Shown here in pieces: positions 36,434 to 46,730 of a stretch of DNA of 64,000 nt. The position numbers were made by a program, and so were the translations under genes. The stretch is from Myxococcota bacterium (GTDB taxonomy: Bacteria; Myxococcota_A; UBA9042; PHBI01; JACKFB01), in assembly GCA_051747385.1 (NCBI GenBank), contig JBNJGB010000033.1, positions 164 to 64,163 on the forward strand. Direction: 5' to 3'. How positions within the stretch are numbered: the stretch's first letter is position 1; the number at the start of each line of letters is the position of its first letter. The notes beneath the pieces were generated by a model. It had not been told where the DNA came from. It worked only from the letters and a program-made list of their open reading frames with translations, and did not search any database.

Positions 36434-38605
36434 TCAACGGGCGAAGACCATGCGTAGCTCGCTGGTGTGGCGGCCGTCGGCGCTCCGGAGCCACAGGCCC
36501 TCCGGCCCCGGGAGCATCTCCACCAGCGTGACCTCGCGCTCCCGCCGGGCGTAGCGGGCGGCCACGCCCACGGACGGCGCGTCGGCCAGGTCCACGAGGA
36601 ACGGCTTCCGGACGCCCGCCGCCGTCGCGAAGACGAACCGCGGGAGGGCGTCGTCGCACGCCGCCCGGAGGCGCCGCGCCGCCTCGCCCGGAGCGGACGC
36701 GTCGGCCCAGGCCTCGGACGACACCCGCCAGGAGCGCCGGTGGACCACGAGGTCGCCCCAGGACAGCCGGGGGAGGTCGCCGGCGGGGCGCCAGTCGGGG
36801 CCGGACAGCCAGTCCCCGAGGTCGAACAGGGTCACGGCGAACGTCGGCGCGGCGTGCTGCAGGCGCCCGATCCGGGTCAGGGGCGCGACGTCGAGGTCCG
36901 CGCCGGCGTGGCTGCGCACGCGGAACCGGAACGAGCCTCCGGCGTCGAGGCGGGCCCTCAGGGCGGCGAACGGGGCGCGCCGGTCGGGTGGACGCGCGGC
37001 CGTCCCGCTGATCTCCAGGGCCACCGCGCCCACGTCGGGCAGGGCTGCGACCATCGAGTGCTGGTAGCCGAAGGGGATTGCGGGCAGGTCGGGCCCGCAG
37101 AGGTCCGACAGCCAGCGGCGCAGGTCCGCCACGACGGCGTCGGCCATGGGCAGGGGGGGCAGGAGACAGCCGGTGAGGATCGGGTTGTGGTGGCCCTCCG
37201 ACAGGACCGGCGTCACGTCCTCCCCGCGGGCGCCGAGCATCAGGTCGGGGTTCGCGAACGGCCGGCCGGTCCCCGCGGCGTGTCCCAGGGCGGCCTCCAG
37301 GTCGGAGCCTGCGTCCCGCGGGCCGAGACGCAGGGGGACGTCGGGCCCATGATCCGCCAGGTGCGAGTCCACCCGCGCCCGCAGGGCGGCCTTCACGGCC
37401 CGGATGCGATCCGCCAGGGCGCGGGCTTCGGGCGGAGCGCCCATCTCGTAGCCGACGACGTCCCGGCTCAGGGCGTCGAGGACCTCGGGCCACGGGACGC
37501 CGTCCGCGCCCCCGTCTCCCCACCGCGAGCGGAACCACGCGCGGAGCTTGAGACGCTCCAGGGCCACGGGCAGGAGGCACAGGTCCAGATAGGGAGTCGT
37601 GGCCTCGCAGAGCCGCGCGCTCCAGGACGCCGGGAGGCCCATCGGCTCATCGGTCCGCGCGGCCTGCTCGTGGAGGAGGCCGTCGGACGGCGGAAGCTCC
37701 GTGCTCCCGGCCAGCGGAGGCTCTCCGAGCCAGGCCCCGAGCCGGGACTCCAGGTCCGCCATCCGGCCGCGCCGTGCGGAAAAGTCGCCCGCCGCCCCGG
37801 CGAACGCCCGGACCGCCGCGTCCAGGTCGTCCAGCCGCGCGAGCCACCGGTCCCGGACCGGTCCGGCGGGCTGGCGCGCGAGCCGCTTCCGGGCCGTCGC
37901 CACGGGGTCCACGAGGCCGGTCGGCAGGTGGGACCAGGGGAGCCACCAGCCCTCCCCGGCGAGGCGCTCCAGGCGAGCCTCCACGTCCGCGCGCGAGCGA
38001 CCGACGGCCTCGGCGATCTCCTCCGGGTCACGACCTCCGTCGGCCTGCTCGAGGAGCCCGGCGTCGTCCGGGTCGTCCAGGCGAGCCGCCGCCTCCAGCC
38101 CCCTGGCCCCCGGCTCGAATCGAACGGCCCGGCCGGCCTCCACGACGACCCCGGGGGCGCGCCGGGGACGCTCGCGCTGGCCCCCCTCGGCCCGCAGGTC
38201 GGCCGCCGCCCGGGCGAGGAGGCGCTCCAGCAGCCACTGGCTGACCCAGATCCGGCGACCCACGTCCGTCGGCCGCTCCCGATCCGCGGGCTCCACGCGG
38301 TCGAGCCGCCCCGCGCCCACGGGCCCGAAGCGGGAGGTGCAGTAGTTCTGGGCCAGGACACGCTGAAGGTCGCGCCAGAGCCCGGACTCGACCCCGGGGT
38401 CGTCGTCGGTCCCGTCCAGCCAGGCGTCCAGCCGGGAGTCCAGGTCCCGATCCACCAGGGACAGGGCCTCGCGCACCTCGGGGCGCCGGGCGAGGCGGCG
38501 CAGGTCGTCCGTGTCGCGCACGCCCTCGAGCCACTCGAAGGGCAGGCCCGTGGCGCGCAGGAGGAACCAGGGGAAGGGGCGCCAGTCGGGTTCTGCGTCG
38601 TTCAC
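36434..38605 (-). CDS. Stand-alone lantibiotic dehydratase N-terminal-domain protein (small LanB / PEARL-like)
   Basis: FLLRATGLP, VREAL, QRVLAQNYCTSRFGP, NPDLML, VLSEGH, LPRFVF, KPFLVD, EMLPGPEGLWL...HTSELR. The protein ends there, with no elimination domain. Confidence 0.8.
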   Translation of the reverse strand: MNDAEPDWRPFPWFLLRATGLPFEWLEGVRDTDDLRRLARRPEVREALSLVDRDLDSRLDAWLDGTDDDPGVESGLWRDLQRVLAQNYCTSRFGPVGAGRLDRVEPADRERPTDVGRRIWVSQWLLERLLARAAADLRAEGGQRERPRRAPGVVVEAGRAVRFEPGARGLEAAARLDDPDDAGLLEQADGGRDPEEIAEAVGRSRADVEARLERLAGEGWWLPWSHLPTGLVDPVATARKRLARQPAGPVRDRWLARLDDLDAAVRAFAGAAGDFSARRGRMADLESRLGAWLGEPPLAGSTELPPSDGLLHEQAARTDEPMGLPASWSARLCEATTPYLDLCLLPVALERLKLRAWFRSRWGDGGADGVPWPEVLDALSRDVVGYEMGAPPEARALADRIRAVKAALRARVDSHLADHGPDVPLRLGPRDAGSDLEAALGHAAGTGRPFANPDLMLGARGEDVTPVLSEGHHNPILTGCLLPPLPMADAVVADLRRWLSDLCGPDLPAIPFGYQHSMVAALPDVGAVALEISGTAARPPDRRAPFAALRARLDAGGSFRFRVRSHAGADLDVAPLTRIGRLQHAAPTFAVTLFDLGDWLSGPDWRPAGDLPRLSWGDLVVHRRSWRVSSEAWADASAPGEAARRLRAACDDALPRFVFATAAGVRKPFLVDLADAPSVGVAARYARREREVTLVEMLPGPEGLWLRSADGRHTSELRMVFAR

Positions 38606-38630
38606 GGCGGATCACCGTAGCACGCGAGCC

Positions 38631-38672
38631 CTTGCCCTTGCCCTTGCCCCTGCCCTTGCCCTTGCCCTTGCC
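38631..38672 (-). repeat. GGCAAG hexamer x7 (one GGCAGG variant) just upstream of the LanB-like gene
   Basis: Plus strand (CTTGCC)3 CCTGCC (CTTGCC)3, ending 25 bp before GTG 38605. Confidence 0.9.
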
Positions 38673-38847
38673 TGAAAGAGCGACTCCCGCCGGGCTATCC
38701 CTGCGCGGGCGGGGACGCCCGCGGTCCCGGGCGCCGGTCGCGTTTCCTGGGATGGCGGGCCAGACGTGGGGTGGCTCCTGGTCGACGAGTGCAGGCGAGA
38801 TGTGCGCGACCGACGGGCGAGGTAGCCGGCGCCCCGGCCGAAAGAAG

Positions 38848-40062
38848 TCAGCCAGCCTCCTCGGCGAGGAAGCAGGCCAGGGCGGCGGTGCGGCGCCGGA
38901 GGCTGCCCAGGCTGGACCACTCCTCGACCCGGTGGAAGTGCTCTCCGAAGGGGCCCAGGCCGTCGATGGCGGGCACGCCCGCGGCGGCGAAGAGGTTGGC
39001 GTCCGACGTGCCGCCCTGCAGCGGGGCCTCTCCCACACCCAGGCCGGCCTCGGCGGCGCAGCGCTCGTAGCGTCGCCGGAGGGCCCGGGACGCCTCCGTC
39101 GCCTCCATGGGCGGGCGCGTGATGCCGCCGGACAGGGTCACCTCGACCCGCCGGAGCCTCGCGGGGACGTCCCGGTCGCGGAAGGGGTCGGCCGCGATGG
39201 TCTCCAGGGACGCGAGGACCCACGGCCCGTCCTCGGCGTGCTCGAAGCGGGCGTCCAGGACGCAGCGGGCCAGATCCGGGACGGTGTTCTTGGCCGTCCC
39301 GCCCTCGAAGATGCCCACGTTGAAGGTCACGCCGCGATCGTAGTCCGTCAGCGCCTCGATCCGATCCACCGCCACGGCCAGGGCGTGGATGGCGCTCGCC
39401 CCCTGCTCGTGCGACAGGCCCGCGTGGGCGGAGCGGCCGCGCGCCGTGAGGGTCACCATGGCGCCGCCCTTCCGCCGCGTGATGATGCGATCGCCCTGTC
39501 GGCCCGCCTCGAACACCAGAGCGGCCGTCGTTCGGGCCGCGACCCGCGCGATGAGGCCCTCGCTCGACGGCGAGCCCACCTCCTCGTCGCTGTTGATCAG
39601 GATCCGCGTCCGCAGCCGCGCGTAGCGCTCGGGATCGACCGCTCGGACGGCCCGCAGCGCGAAGAACACGGCGCTGAGCCCGGACTTCATGTCCAGCACG
39701 CCGGGGCCCCGGACCACGTCGCCGGGGCCGTCGGGGCCCTCGTCGCGGCGCAGGTGCAGGAAGCCGAGGCTCCGGGGAAACACCGTGTCCACGTGGCCCA
39801 CCAGCGCGAGGGCCCGGTCCCCGTCGCCGGTCGCGGGCGTCCGATAGAGGCGGTGATCGGCGAACTCGCCGGACGGGTCCGGGTGCAGGGAGCGGACCAG
39901 GCCGAGGTCCTCCGCCGTCTCGTCCACGAGGCGGGCCGTGGCCTCCACGTCGTCGCGCGCCTTCGTGTAGCTCGGCTGCTCGACCAGGCGGGTGAGCCAG
40001 GGGACCTGCTCCGCCTCGAATGCGGCGTCCACGGCTTCTCGGACGGCGTCGTCGATGGCCAC
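38848..40062 (-). CDS. M20 family metallopeptidase (carboxypeptidase G2-like)
   Basis: GHVDTVF, GPGVLDMKSG, SDEEVGS, SAHAG, DGLGPFGEHFHRVEE; GGGAGG RBS before GTG 40062. Confidence 0.9.
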   Translation of the reverse strand: MAIDDAVREAVDAAFEAEQVPWLTRLVEQPSYTKARDDVEATARLVDETAEDLGLVRSLHPDPSGEFADHRLYRTPATGDGDRALALVGHVDTVFPRSLGFLHLRRDEGPDGPGDVVRGPGVLDMKSGLSAVFFALRAVRAVDPERYARLRTRILINSDEEVGSPSSEGLIARVAARTTAALVFEAGRQGDRIITRRKGGAMVTLTARGRSAHAGLSHEQGASAIHALAVAVDRIEALTDYDRGVTFNVGIFEGGTAKNTVPDLARCVLDARFEHAEDGPWVLASLETIAADPFRDRDVPARLRRVEVTLSGGITRPPMEATEASRALRRRYERCAAEAGLGVGEAPLQGGTSDANLFAAAGVPAIDGLGPFGEHFHRVEEWSSLGSLRRRTAALACFLAEEAG

Positions 40063-40123
40063 CGGACCTCCCTGTGCGAGTCGCGTGCCCGGGGCATGAT
40101 AGACGACCCGGTTCGCGGGTAGA

Positions 40124-40630
40124 ATGTCCGCCATGCGCTACGACTCCTGGGAGGAGGTCCGGCGACAGCCGCCGGAGGAGCAGCGGCGCGTCCTGCGCCG
40201 CGGCGATCCGCCCGAGCAGGTCTGGGCCGCCTGGGCGATCGGCGTGGCGCTGGGGCCCGACGCCATCCCCGACCTGCGCGCCGCCCTCCGAGAGGCGCGC
40301 GCCCAGGGTGTCCGGCGACACCTGGCGTGGATGCTGGCCAGCCTCGGCGCCCGCGGCGAGGCGCGGCGCCTCGCACGCGAGGATCCCGATCCGCTCGTCC
40401 GGCTCACGGCGTGCAAGTCCCTGCTGGCCACCTGGGCCCCCGGCGAGGACGAGGACCTCCGCCTGGCCGAGCGGACCCTGGAGGAGGTCGAGGGACCCGC
40501 CCGGCTGGAGATCCTCCAGGCCTGGCCCGCCCACGGGCCCGCTCCGCCGGCTGATCGCATCCTCGCGGGCATCGAGGCGGACGGCCGCCGCCGGCCGGTT
40601 CGAAGGGGCGAACAGCCCCGGAGGTCGTGA
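40124..40630 (+). CDS. Hypothetical HEAT-repeat-like protein
   Basis: Helical repeats such as AREDPDPLVRLTACKSL; GC3-rich frame. Confidence 0.55.
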   Translation: MSAMRYDSWEEVRRQPPEEQRRVLRRGDPPEQVWAAWAIGVALGPDAIPDLRAALREARAQGVRRHLAWMLASLGARGEARRLAREDPDPLVRLTACKSLLATWAPGEDEDLRLAERTLEEVEGPARLEILQAWPAHGPAPPADRILAGIEADGRRRPVRRGEQPRRS

Positions 40631-40694
40631 TAGGCTCCACGCGCGAGCGTCGTCACCTCGCGCGGCGACACCCCGAGCGAATCGAGGTCCCCCC

Positions 40695-43466
40695 ATGCCG
40701 AGTCAGCTACGAACGATCGCCCTCGCGCTCCTGCTCTCGCTCCTCGCGGCGCCCTCCTGGGCGGCCCCGGCTCCCGTCGGCTCCTTCCGTTCGCTCGGGG
40801 AGGACGTGCCGCTGACACCAAGCGCGCGGTGGTTCACCGTGCGGGCCGCGCCCGGCCACGCCCTGGACGAGGTCCGCCGGGGGATCGACGCGCTCCCGGC
40901 CCTCGGCGCCCACCGCGTCGCCGCCGTGGAGGGATACGACGCCGCCATGCTCGTCGAGCTGGAGGCCGACGCGGCCGACACAGCCGACCTGGTGTCCGCC
41001 ATGCGCGCGCTCGAGCGGGACCCCGCCGTGGACTGGGCCCTCGCCGGGGCCCACACGCCCGACGGACACCCCATCGGCTTCACGGACGAGGTGATGCTCC
41101 TGACCCGGAGCGGCGCGCTGGAGCCGGTCGTGCAGGCCCGCCTCCACGCGGCCGGAGCCCGCGTCGTCGGGACCTTCGACGGAGGGCTGCGCGTGGCGCT
41201 GGACGTCCCGCGTCGCGCGACCCTCCTCCGGTTGTCGGCGGCCTTGCGGGGTGCGCCCGGGCTCGGGGGCGTCCACCCGAACTTCTTCCGGCTCGTGGAG
41301 CGCCGGAAGATGCTGAACGACCCCTATCTCCAGCAGCAGTGGCACGTCTTCGAGGTCGAGGCCGAGCAGGCCTGGGACGTCACCACCGGCAGCAGCGAGG
41401 TGACGGTCGCCATCCTGGACGACGGCTTCGACCTCACCCACGAGGACCTGGTGGCCCCCGGCAAGCTCGCGGACGGGGCCTGGGACTTCAAGGACGACGA
41501 CGGGGATCCCACCGGGGGCGGCTACGAGATCCACGGCACCGCGGTCGCCGGCGTCGCCATCGCCATCGGCGACAACGGCAAGGGCGTGGCCGGCGTCTGC
41601 CCGGACTGCCGGTTCTTGCCCCTGCGCCAGGCGAACTACGACTCCGCCACGGTCGCCGCCTTCCAGCACGTGCGCGACCAGGGCGTCCACGCCATGAACA
41701 ACTCCTGGGGGTATCCGTATCCCTCGGGCTCGGTGGTCCAGGCCATCCAGGGCTGCATCGCCGGCGGGCGCGACGGGCTGGGCACGCTCGTCATCTTCGC
41801 CAGCGGCAACGAGGGCCAGAACATCGACGACGTGCAGGACATCTCCGCCACCCCGGGCGTGCTCGCCGTGGCCGCCGCCCACGAGGACGGCCGCGCCAGC
41901 TACTCGAACTGGGGGCCCTCCATCGGCGTCTGCGCGCCGGCGGACGAGCAGGTCACCACCGACGACAGCTACGGCGGCTACGCGGACGGCCTCTACTCGG
42001 GCAGCTTCGGCGGGACGAGCGGCGCCTCGCCCGTGGTGGCGGGCGCGGCGGGCCTCGTGTTCAGCACGGAGCCGTCCCTCACGAAGCAGCAGGTCCACGA
42101 CCTCCTGCTCGGCACGACCGACAAGATCGGCGGCGGCTACGACGCCTCCGGCAAGAGCGTCGAGTGCGGCTACGGCCGGGTGAACGCCCGGAAGGCGGTC
42201 GAGGCCGCGGCCGGCGTGGAGCCCGGCGATCCCCCGCCCGACCCGCCCGACGAACCGGAGCCGACGCCGACCGGCTGTGACGGCTACTGCGGGGGCGAGT
42301 CCCCGGACGGCTGCTTCTGCGACGCCGGGTGCGCGGAGTACGGCGACTGCTGCGAGGACGTCTGCGACACGTGCGGCGTGGCGTGTGGCGAGGATCCGCC
42401 GACCGATCCGCCGCCGCAGCCGGGGGACGGGACGTGCATCGACTTCGTGGCCTGCGCCCAGCAGTGCCCCAACGAGGGCTGCGTCAACGACTGCACCCAG
42501 CTCACGGACGAGGAGGGCGTGCAGCTCGCCATCGAGGTGTTCACCTGCATCCAGGACGCGGGGTGCTACGAGGCGGCCACCGAGGAGGAGTTCCAGGCCT
42601 GCATCCAGCAGGGCTGCGCCGGAGAGCTCCAGGCCTGCTACGACGACACGCAGGACCCGACCGACCCCGAGGATCCCACGGACCCCGAGGATCCCACGGA
42701 CCCCGAGGACCCGACCGACCCCGAGGACCCGACCGACCCCGAGGACCCGACCGACCCCGAGGATCCCACGGACCCCGCCTGCGGCGACGTCACCGCGGAG
42801 GGGCACTGCGAGGGCGACACGGTCGTGTGGTGCGAGGACGGCGCGGTGCAGAGCTACGACTGCGCGGCCGCCGGGAAGGTGTGCGGGCTCGTCGAGAGCA
42901 CGGGGCACACCTGCGTGGAGGGCGACACCTGCACCCCGTCCTGCGGCGGGAAGCAGTGCGGCGGCGACGGCTGCGGGGGCTCCTGCGGCACCTGCCCGCC
43001 CGACTGGACCTGTGACGCCGAGGGCCAGTGCGTGGAGCCGGAGGATCCGGAGGACCCGACGGACCCGGAGGACCCGACAGACCCGGAGGACCCGACGGAC
43101 CCGGAGGAACCGACAGACCCGGAGGAACCGGAGGAACCGGAGGACCCGACAGACCCGGAGGATCCGACAGACCCGGAGGATCCGACAGACCCGGAGGATC
43201 CGACAGACCCGGAGGATCCGACAGACCCCGAGGACCCGGAGGACCCGACAGACCCGGAGGATCCGGAGGACCCGGATGAGCCGGAGGATCCCACCGAGCC
43301 GGAGGATCCCAGCGAGGGCCCGCAGCCGGAGCCGAACCAGCCGGGCGGCACCGAGGCCTTCTCGGGAGGCGACGGACCCGGCGGCTGCAGCGGTGCGTCG
43401 GATACCCCCGACCTGGGCTGGATCCTCGGCGTCCTCCTGGCGCTCGGCGCCCTCCGGCGCCGTTAG
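40695..43466 (+). CDS. S8 subtilisin-like serine protease with somatomedin-B-like/Cys-rich modules, D-P-(E/T) stalks and MYXO-CTERM
   Basis: Signal peptide; ILDDG (Asp), HGTAVAG (His), FASGN, GGTSGASP (Ser); CFCDAGCAEYGDCCED; GGCSGAS...LGWILGVLLALGALRRR. Confidence 0.92.
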   Translation: MPSQLRTIALALLLSLLAAPSWAAPAPVGSFRSLGEDVPLTPSARWFTVRAAPGHALDEVRRGIDALPALGAHRVAAVEGYDAAMLVELEADAADTADLVSAMRALERDPAVDWALAGAHTPDGHPIGFTDEVMLLTRSGALEPVVQARLHAAGARVVGTFDGGLRVALDVPRRATLLRLSAALRGAPGLGGVHPNFFRLVERRKMLNDPYLQQQWHVFEVEAEQAWDVTTGSSEVTVAILDDGFDLTHEDLVAPGKLADGAWDFKDDDGDPTGGGYEIHGTAVAGVAIAIGDNGKGVAGVCPDCRFLPLRQANYDSATVAAFQHVRDQGVHAMNNSWGYPYPSGSVVQAIQGCIAGGRDGLGTLVIFASGNEGQNIDDVQDISATPGVLAVAAAHEDGRASYSNWGPSIGVCAPADEQVTTDDSYGGYADGLYSGSFGGTSGASPVVAGAAGLVFSTEPSLTKQQVHDLLLGTTDKIGGGYDASGKSVECGYGRVNARKAVEAAAGVEPGDPPPDPPDEPEPTPTGCDGYCGGESPDGCFCDAGCAEYGDCCEDVCDTCGVACGEDPPTDPPPQPGDGTCIDFVACAQQCPNEGCVNDCTQLTDEEGVQLAIEVFTCIQDAGCYEAATEEEFQACIQQGCAGELQACYDDTQDPTDPEDPTDPEDPTDPEDPTDPEDPTDPEDPTDPEDPTDPACGDVTAEGHCEGDTVVWCEDGAVQSYDCAAAGKVCGLVESTGHTCVEGDTCTPSCGGKQCGGDGCGGSCGTCPPDWTCDAEGQCVEPEDPEDPTDPEDPTDPEDPTDPEEPTDPEEPEEPEDPTDPEDPTDPEDPTDPEDPTDPEDPTDPEDPEDPTDPEDPEDPDEPEDPTEPEDPSEGPQPEPNQPGGTEAFSGGDGPGGCSGASDTPDLGWILGVLLALGALRRR
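42654..43310 (+). repeat. Two coding arrays of 9/18-bp DPE/DPT repeats (42654-42776 and 43035-43310)
   Basis: GACCCCGAGGACCCGACC-type units with synonymous variation. Confidence 0.9.
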
Positions 43467-43473
43467 TTGGGGA

Positions 43474-46400
43474 TCAAGTCAGCACGCCCTCGGGCGGGAC
43501 GGAGGTCACCAGCTCCCGGGTGTGCCGACCCTCCCGGAGGGCCTCGGGATCGCCGACGGTGACCAGGTGCAGGCGCGCCCGGCTCACCGCCACGTTCACC
43601 AGGTTCGGGCGGCGGTTCAACCAGCCGAGGGAGCGCGGCTCCGTGGCCACCGTGGACAGGACGACCACGTCCCGCTCCCCGCCCTGAAGGCCGTGGATGG
43701 TGCCCAGCATGAGCGGCTCGGCGTGCTCCTCCAGTCCCGGCAGCAGCATCTCCACGGCGGCCGCCTGGTCGTGGCCGGCCACCAGGGGGATGCCGCGCGC
43801 GCGGAGGTCCCGCCAGAGCCGCCTGGCCTGGCCCCGGTAGGGCGTCAGCACGGCGACGCGACCGGCCGCGATCCCCCGCGTCGTGATCAGGTCGTGGACC
43901 ATGGCGACCACGCGGGCGGCCTCCTCGGGGTTGTCCCAGGACCCGCGGGCCTCTCGCTGGCGCCCCTGCACGCCCAGCAGGGCGACCGGGCTCCGGAGCC
44001 ACGGCACACGATCCCCCAGCCCCCGCGGCGGGGTGTGGACCCGGAACCGATAGCCGCAGAGGCGGCCGCTGATCCCGATGATCGCCTCCTGGCAGCGGTA
44101 GTGATCCTCCAGGACCAGGGGCGGATCGAAGGCCCGCTCCGCCAGGCGCTGCGCCGAGGCCAGGCCGCCGCCCACCACCCGCACCTCGGCGAGGCGCGCC
44201 TCGGGGACCGGCGTCTCGAGCCGCGCGCGGAGGGCCCGCTCCTCCCGGTCCGGGATCGTGACCACCGGCTCGAGCTGGTGCACGTCCCCGACGATGGCCG
44301 CCCGCCGCGCCCGGTACAGCGCCGGCACCACGTGGGGCGGCGGACACTGCCCCGCCTCGTCCACGACCACCGTCCGCACCACGTCCGGCTCCAGGGGCAG
44401 GACGTGCGCCAGGGACAGCAGCGTGCCGCCCATCACCGGGAAGAGCCCGGCCCACAGGCGCCGCTCGCCGTGCTTGTCCAGGACGACCTTCCAGTCGCGC
44501 TTGTCCGCCGCGACGCCTCGCAGCGCCCTCACCAGGCGGAGCAGCCGCTCCCGGTGCGTCGCGGCCCACGCCTCCCGCAGGTCCCGCGCGGCCAGGAACA
44601 CCTCGTGCTCGGCCGCCGCCAGGTCCTGCCGGAGGGCGTGATCCGACGCCCCGTCGTCCCGGGCGGCCTCCTCGCAGGCCCGAAGCTCGCGGAGGAGAGC
44701 GTCGCGCCGGGACTGCAACTCGTGACGTCTCTTCGCCCCGGACTCGTGCCCCCGGCGTGCCCGGAACCTCCGATCCACCGCGTCGCGCAGCGCCCCCATC
44801 CTCTCCAGGCGGGCGAACAGGGCGTCCGCGGGGGAGGCCCCCTCCGTCGAGGGGACGCTCGCATCGGGTGCCTCCCACGGGAACTCCTCGAGGCAGTCGG
44901 CCACCGCCAGCGCACGTGGCCGGATCCGCTCCTCCCAGCGGCTTCGCAGCGTCTCCTCCGGATCCCGGCGATCCTCCTCGACCCGGTCGTAGAGCGCCTC
45001 GGTGGCGTCCTCCAGGGAGTGCACCCGCTTCTGGAGCTGTCGCAGCGCCTCCACGGGAGGCTCGTCCGCGACCGGCGGTCCGGGAGCCGGGAGGTCGGCC
45101 AGGGCCGCCTCGACCTGGCGAAGCTCCGTCCGCACGTCGGCGACACGCCGGGCCTTCCTTCGTCGCGTCGCCAGGGGCTCCAGCTTCCCGTCGAGGTCCG
45201 AGAGCAGGTCCTCGAAGCGCCGCCGGGCCCGGTCCAGGGGGATCCGCGGGGCGTCGTGGAGGGTCAGCCACCCCACGACCCGATCCAGCTCCCGGACCGT
45301 CCGATCGGACAGCACGGCGCGGCTGCCCACCCGGAGCGCGAACGGCAGGCGCTCGCGAGGCTGCTCGGTCGTCAGCGCGTCGACGACGTTGTCCACGGCG
45401 CGGTTGTTGACGCTCGTCACGAGCAGCGGCGTGTGCGAGCCGAGCCCCTGGTCCGTGAAGGCGCCCTCCCGCGCGGCCTCCACCAGCGCGTGGGCCGCCA
45501 TCTCGAGGATCAGGTGCGTCTTGCCGGTGCCCGGCGGGCCCTGGACGGCGGTGAGGCTCGTCTCCCGGGTCCACTCCGACGCCGCGCGCTGGGGCGCCGT
45601 CAGCGGGCTCGGGCTGCGGAGCCCCACGTGCACCCCGCGCCGTCGCACGGGCGCCTCCCCCAGGAGGTAGCAGCGGAGCGGCTCCGACGACAGCGGGCTG
45701 GCCTCCCGGCTCTGGAGCTGCCGGAGCTCGTCCTGGAGCATGGCCGTGGGCGAGCCACCCGCGCCGTCGTACAGCAGGGCGCCCAGACCCACCTCCGCCC
45801 GGCCGTCCCGGGCCCACGGCACCAGAGCGCGCGACAGGGCCGTGACGGGGTCTTCGGCGTGTGCGCCCCCGAGCCACTCCGTCAGCGTCCGGATCACGGC
45901 CTCCGGGCCCTCCGACGCGGCCTCCTCCCAGACCCGGAGCGCGTCCGCCACGTGCTCCGGATCCATGCGCAGGACGCGGCGCAGCACGCCCACGTCGAGG
46001 CCCAGGGCGGGCTGCTCCTCCTCGGAACGCCAGGGCTCCGCCCGGACGCGGCCGCGTGTCGGGGGAACCGGGAGTCGGCCCCTCTTGCGGTCGCGGTATG
46101 TGGGCGGCTTCCAGAATCCTCCCTCGGCGTCGAACCAGGCCAGATCGGCGACAGGGAGGTGGAGCAGGGGCGCCACGTGGGGCCGCCTCCGGTGCCGCCA
46201 GCGCAGCACCGGGAAGCCGAACCGCAGGAGCATGTCGTCCGGAGGCGCGCCGCGGCCCGTGTTGCGGGCGTACTCGCGGCGGTACTGCCGGTAGAGCCAC
46301 GCGTGGAACAGCGGGGCCGCGCCGGCGTCGAGCTGGAGGTCGAGGCGTCGCTCGTCCCGGGTCAGGAGGGGGCGCAGGTCGCCCCGCGGTCCCTCCAGCG

Positions 46401-46590
46401 GAAGCTCCACGTGGCCGCCGGACCGGGCCGGCGCCATCAGGTCCAGGTGGGGAGGGGCGCCGGCCGGCGGGCGCGGCTGGGCCTCGAGCCCCACCTGGGA
46501 GGCCTCCTCGTGGCGGAGGAGCGACAGCCAGTACCGCAGGATGGCGCGGGCGGTGGTCGTGGGGGCGGGCTCCTGGGGCGGGCCGGTCAT
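43474..46590 (-). CDS. Superfamily 1 helicase (UPF1/DNA2-like, AAA_11/AAA_12)
   Basis: QGPPGTGKT, VVVDEAGQ, VGDVHQLEP, HYRC, TPYRGQ, GTIHGLQGGERD, NVAVSRAR. Confidence 0.9.
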   Translation of the reverse strand: MTGPPQEPAPTTTARAILRYWLSLLRHEEASQVGLEAQPRPPAGAPPHLDLMAPARSGGHVELPLEGPRGDLRPLLTRDERRLDLQLDAGAAPLFHAWLYRQYRREYARNTGRGAPPDDMLLRFGFPVLRWRHRRRPHVAPLLHLPVADLAWFDAEGGFWKPPTYRDRKRGRLPVPPTRGRVRAEPWRSEEEQPALGLDVGVLRRVLRMDPEHVADALRVWEEAASEGPEAVIRTLTEWLGGAHAEDPVTALSRALVPWARDGRAEVGLGALLYDGAGGSPTAMLQDELRQLQSREASPLSSEPLRCYLLGEAPVRRRGVHVGLRSPSPLTAPQRAASEWTRETSLTAVQGPPGTGKTHLILEMAAHALVEAAREGAFTDQGLGSHTPLLVTSVNNRAVDNVVDALTTEQPRERLPFALRVGSRAVLSDRTVRELDRVVGWLTLHDAPRIPLDRARRRFEDLLSDLDGKLEPLATRRRKARRVADVRTELRQVEAALADLPAPGPPVADEPPVEALRQLQKRVHSLEDATEALYDRVEEDRRDPEETLRSRWEERIRPRALAVADCLEEFPWEAPDASVPSTEGASPADALFARLERMGALRDAVDRRFRARRGHESGAKRRHELQSRRDALLRELRACEEAARDDGASDHALRQDLAAAEHEVFLAARDLREAWAATHRERLLRLVRALRGVAADKRDWKVVLDKHGERRLWAGLFPVMGGTLLSLAHVLPLEPDVVRTVVVDEAGQCPPPHVVPALYRARRAAIVGDVHQLEPVVTIPDREERALRARLETPVPEARLAEVRVVGGGLASAQRLAERAFDPPLVLEDHYRCQEAIIGISGRLCGYRFRVHTPPRGLGDRVPWLRSPVALLGVQGRQREARGSWDNPEEAARVVAMVHDLITTRGIAAGRVAVLTPYRGQARRLWRDLRARGIPLVAGHDQAAAVEMLLPGLEEHAEPLMLGTIHGLQGGERDVVVLSTVATEPRSLGWLNRRPNLVNVAVSRARLHLVTVGDPEALREGRHTRELVTSVPPEGVLT

Positions 46591-46730
46591 CGGGCTCCGG
46601 GACGTGCGGGTTCGGCGACCGGCATCGTAGGGGGCCTCGGGCGACCCGCGCAACGACCCGGCGGCGCGCGAGATTGCCGTGGGACCGAGGGGTGCTAGAA
46701 TCGCCCTGCACCCGGACCGGGAGCGACGCC

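Noticed and set aside
38606-38847. Precursor or scaffold peptide for the PEARL-like enzyme
   Set aside because: No short ORF with an RBS and acidic or Ser/Thr/Cys-rich character was found here or at 36355-36433.
40074-40090. GG-N10-GC sigma54-like box (GGGCACGCGACTCGCA) before the M20 gene
   Set aside because: The implied TSS would fall only a few nt before the start codon, downstream of the RBS, and the match lacks the leading TGG.
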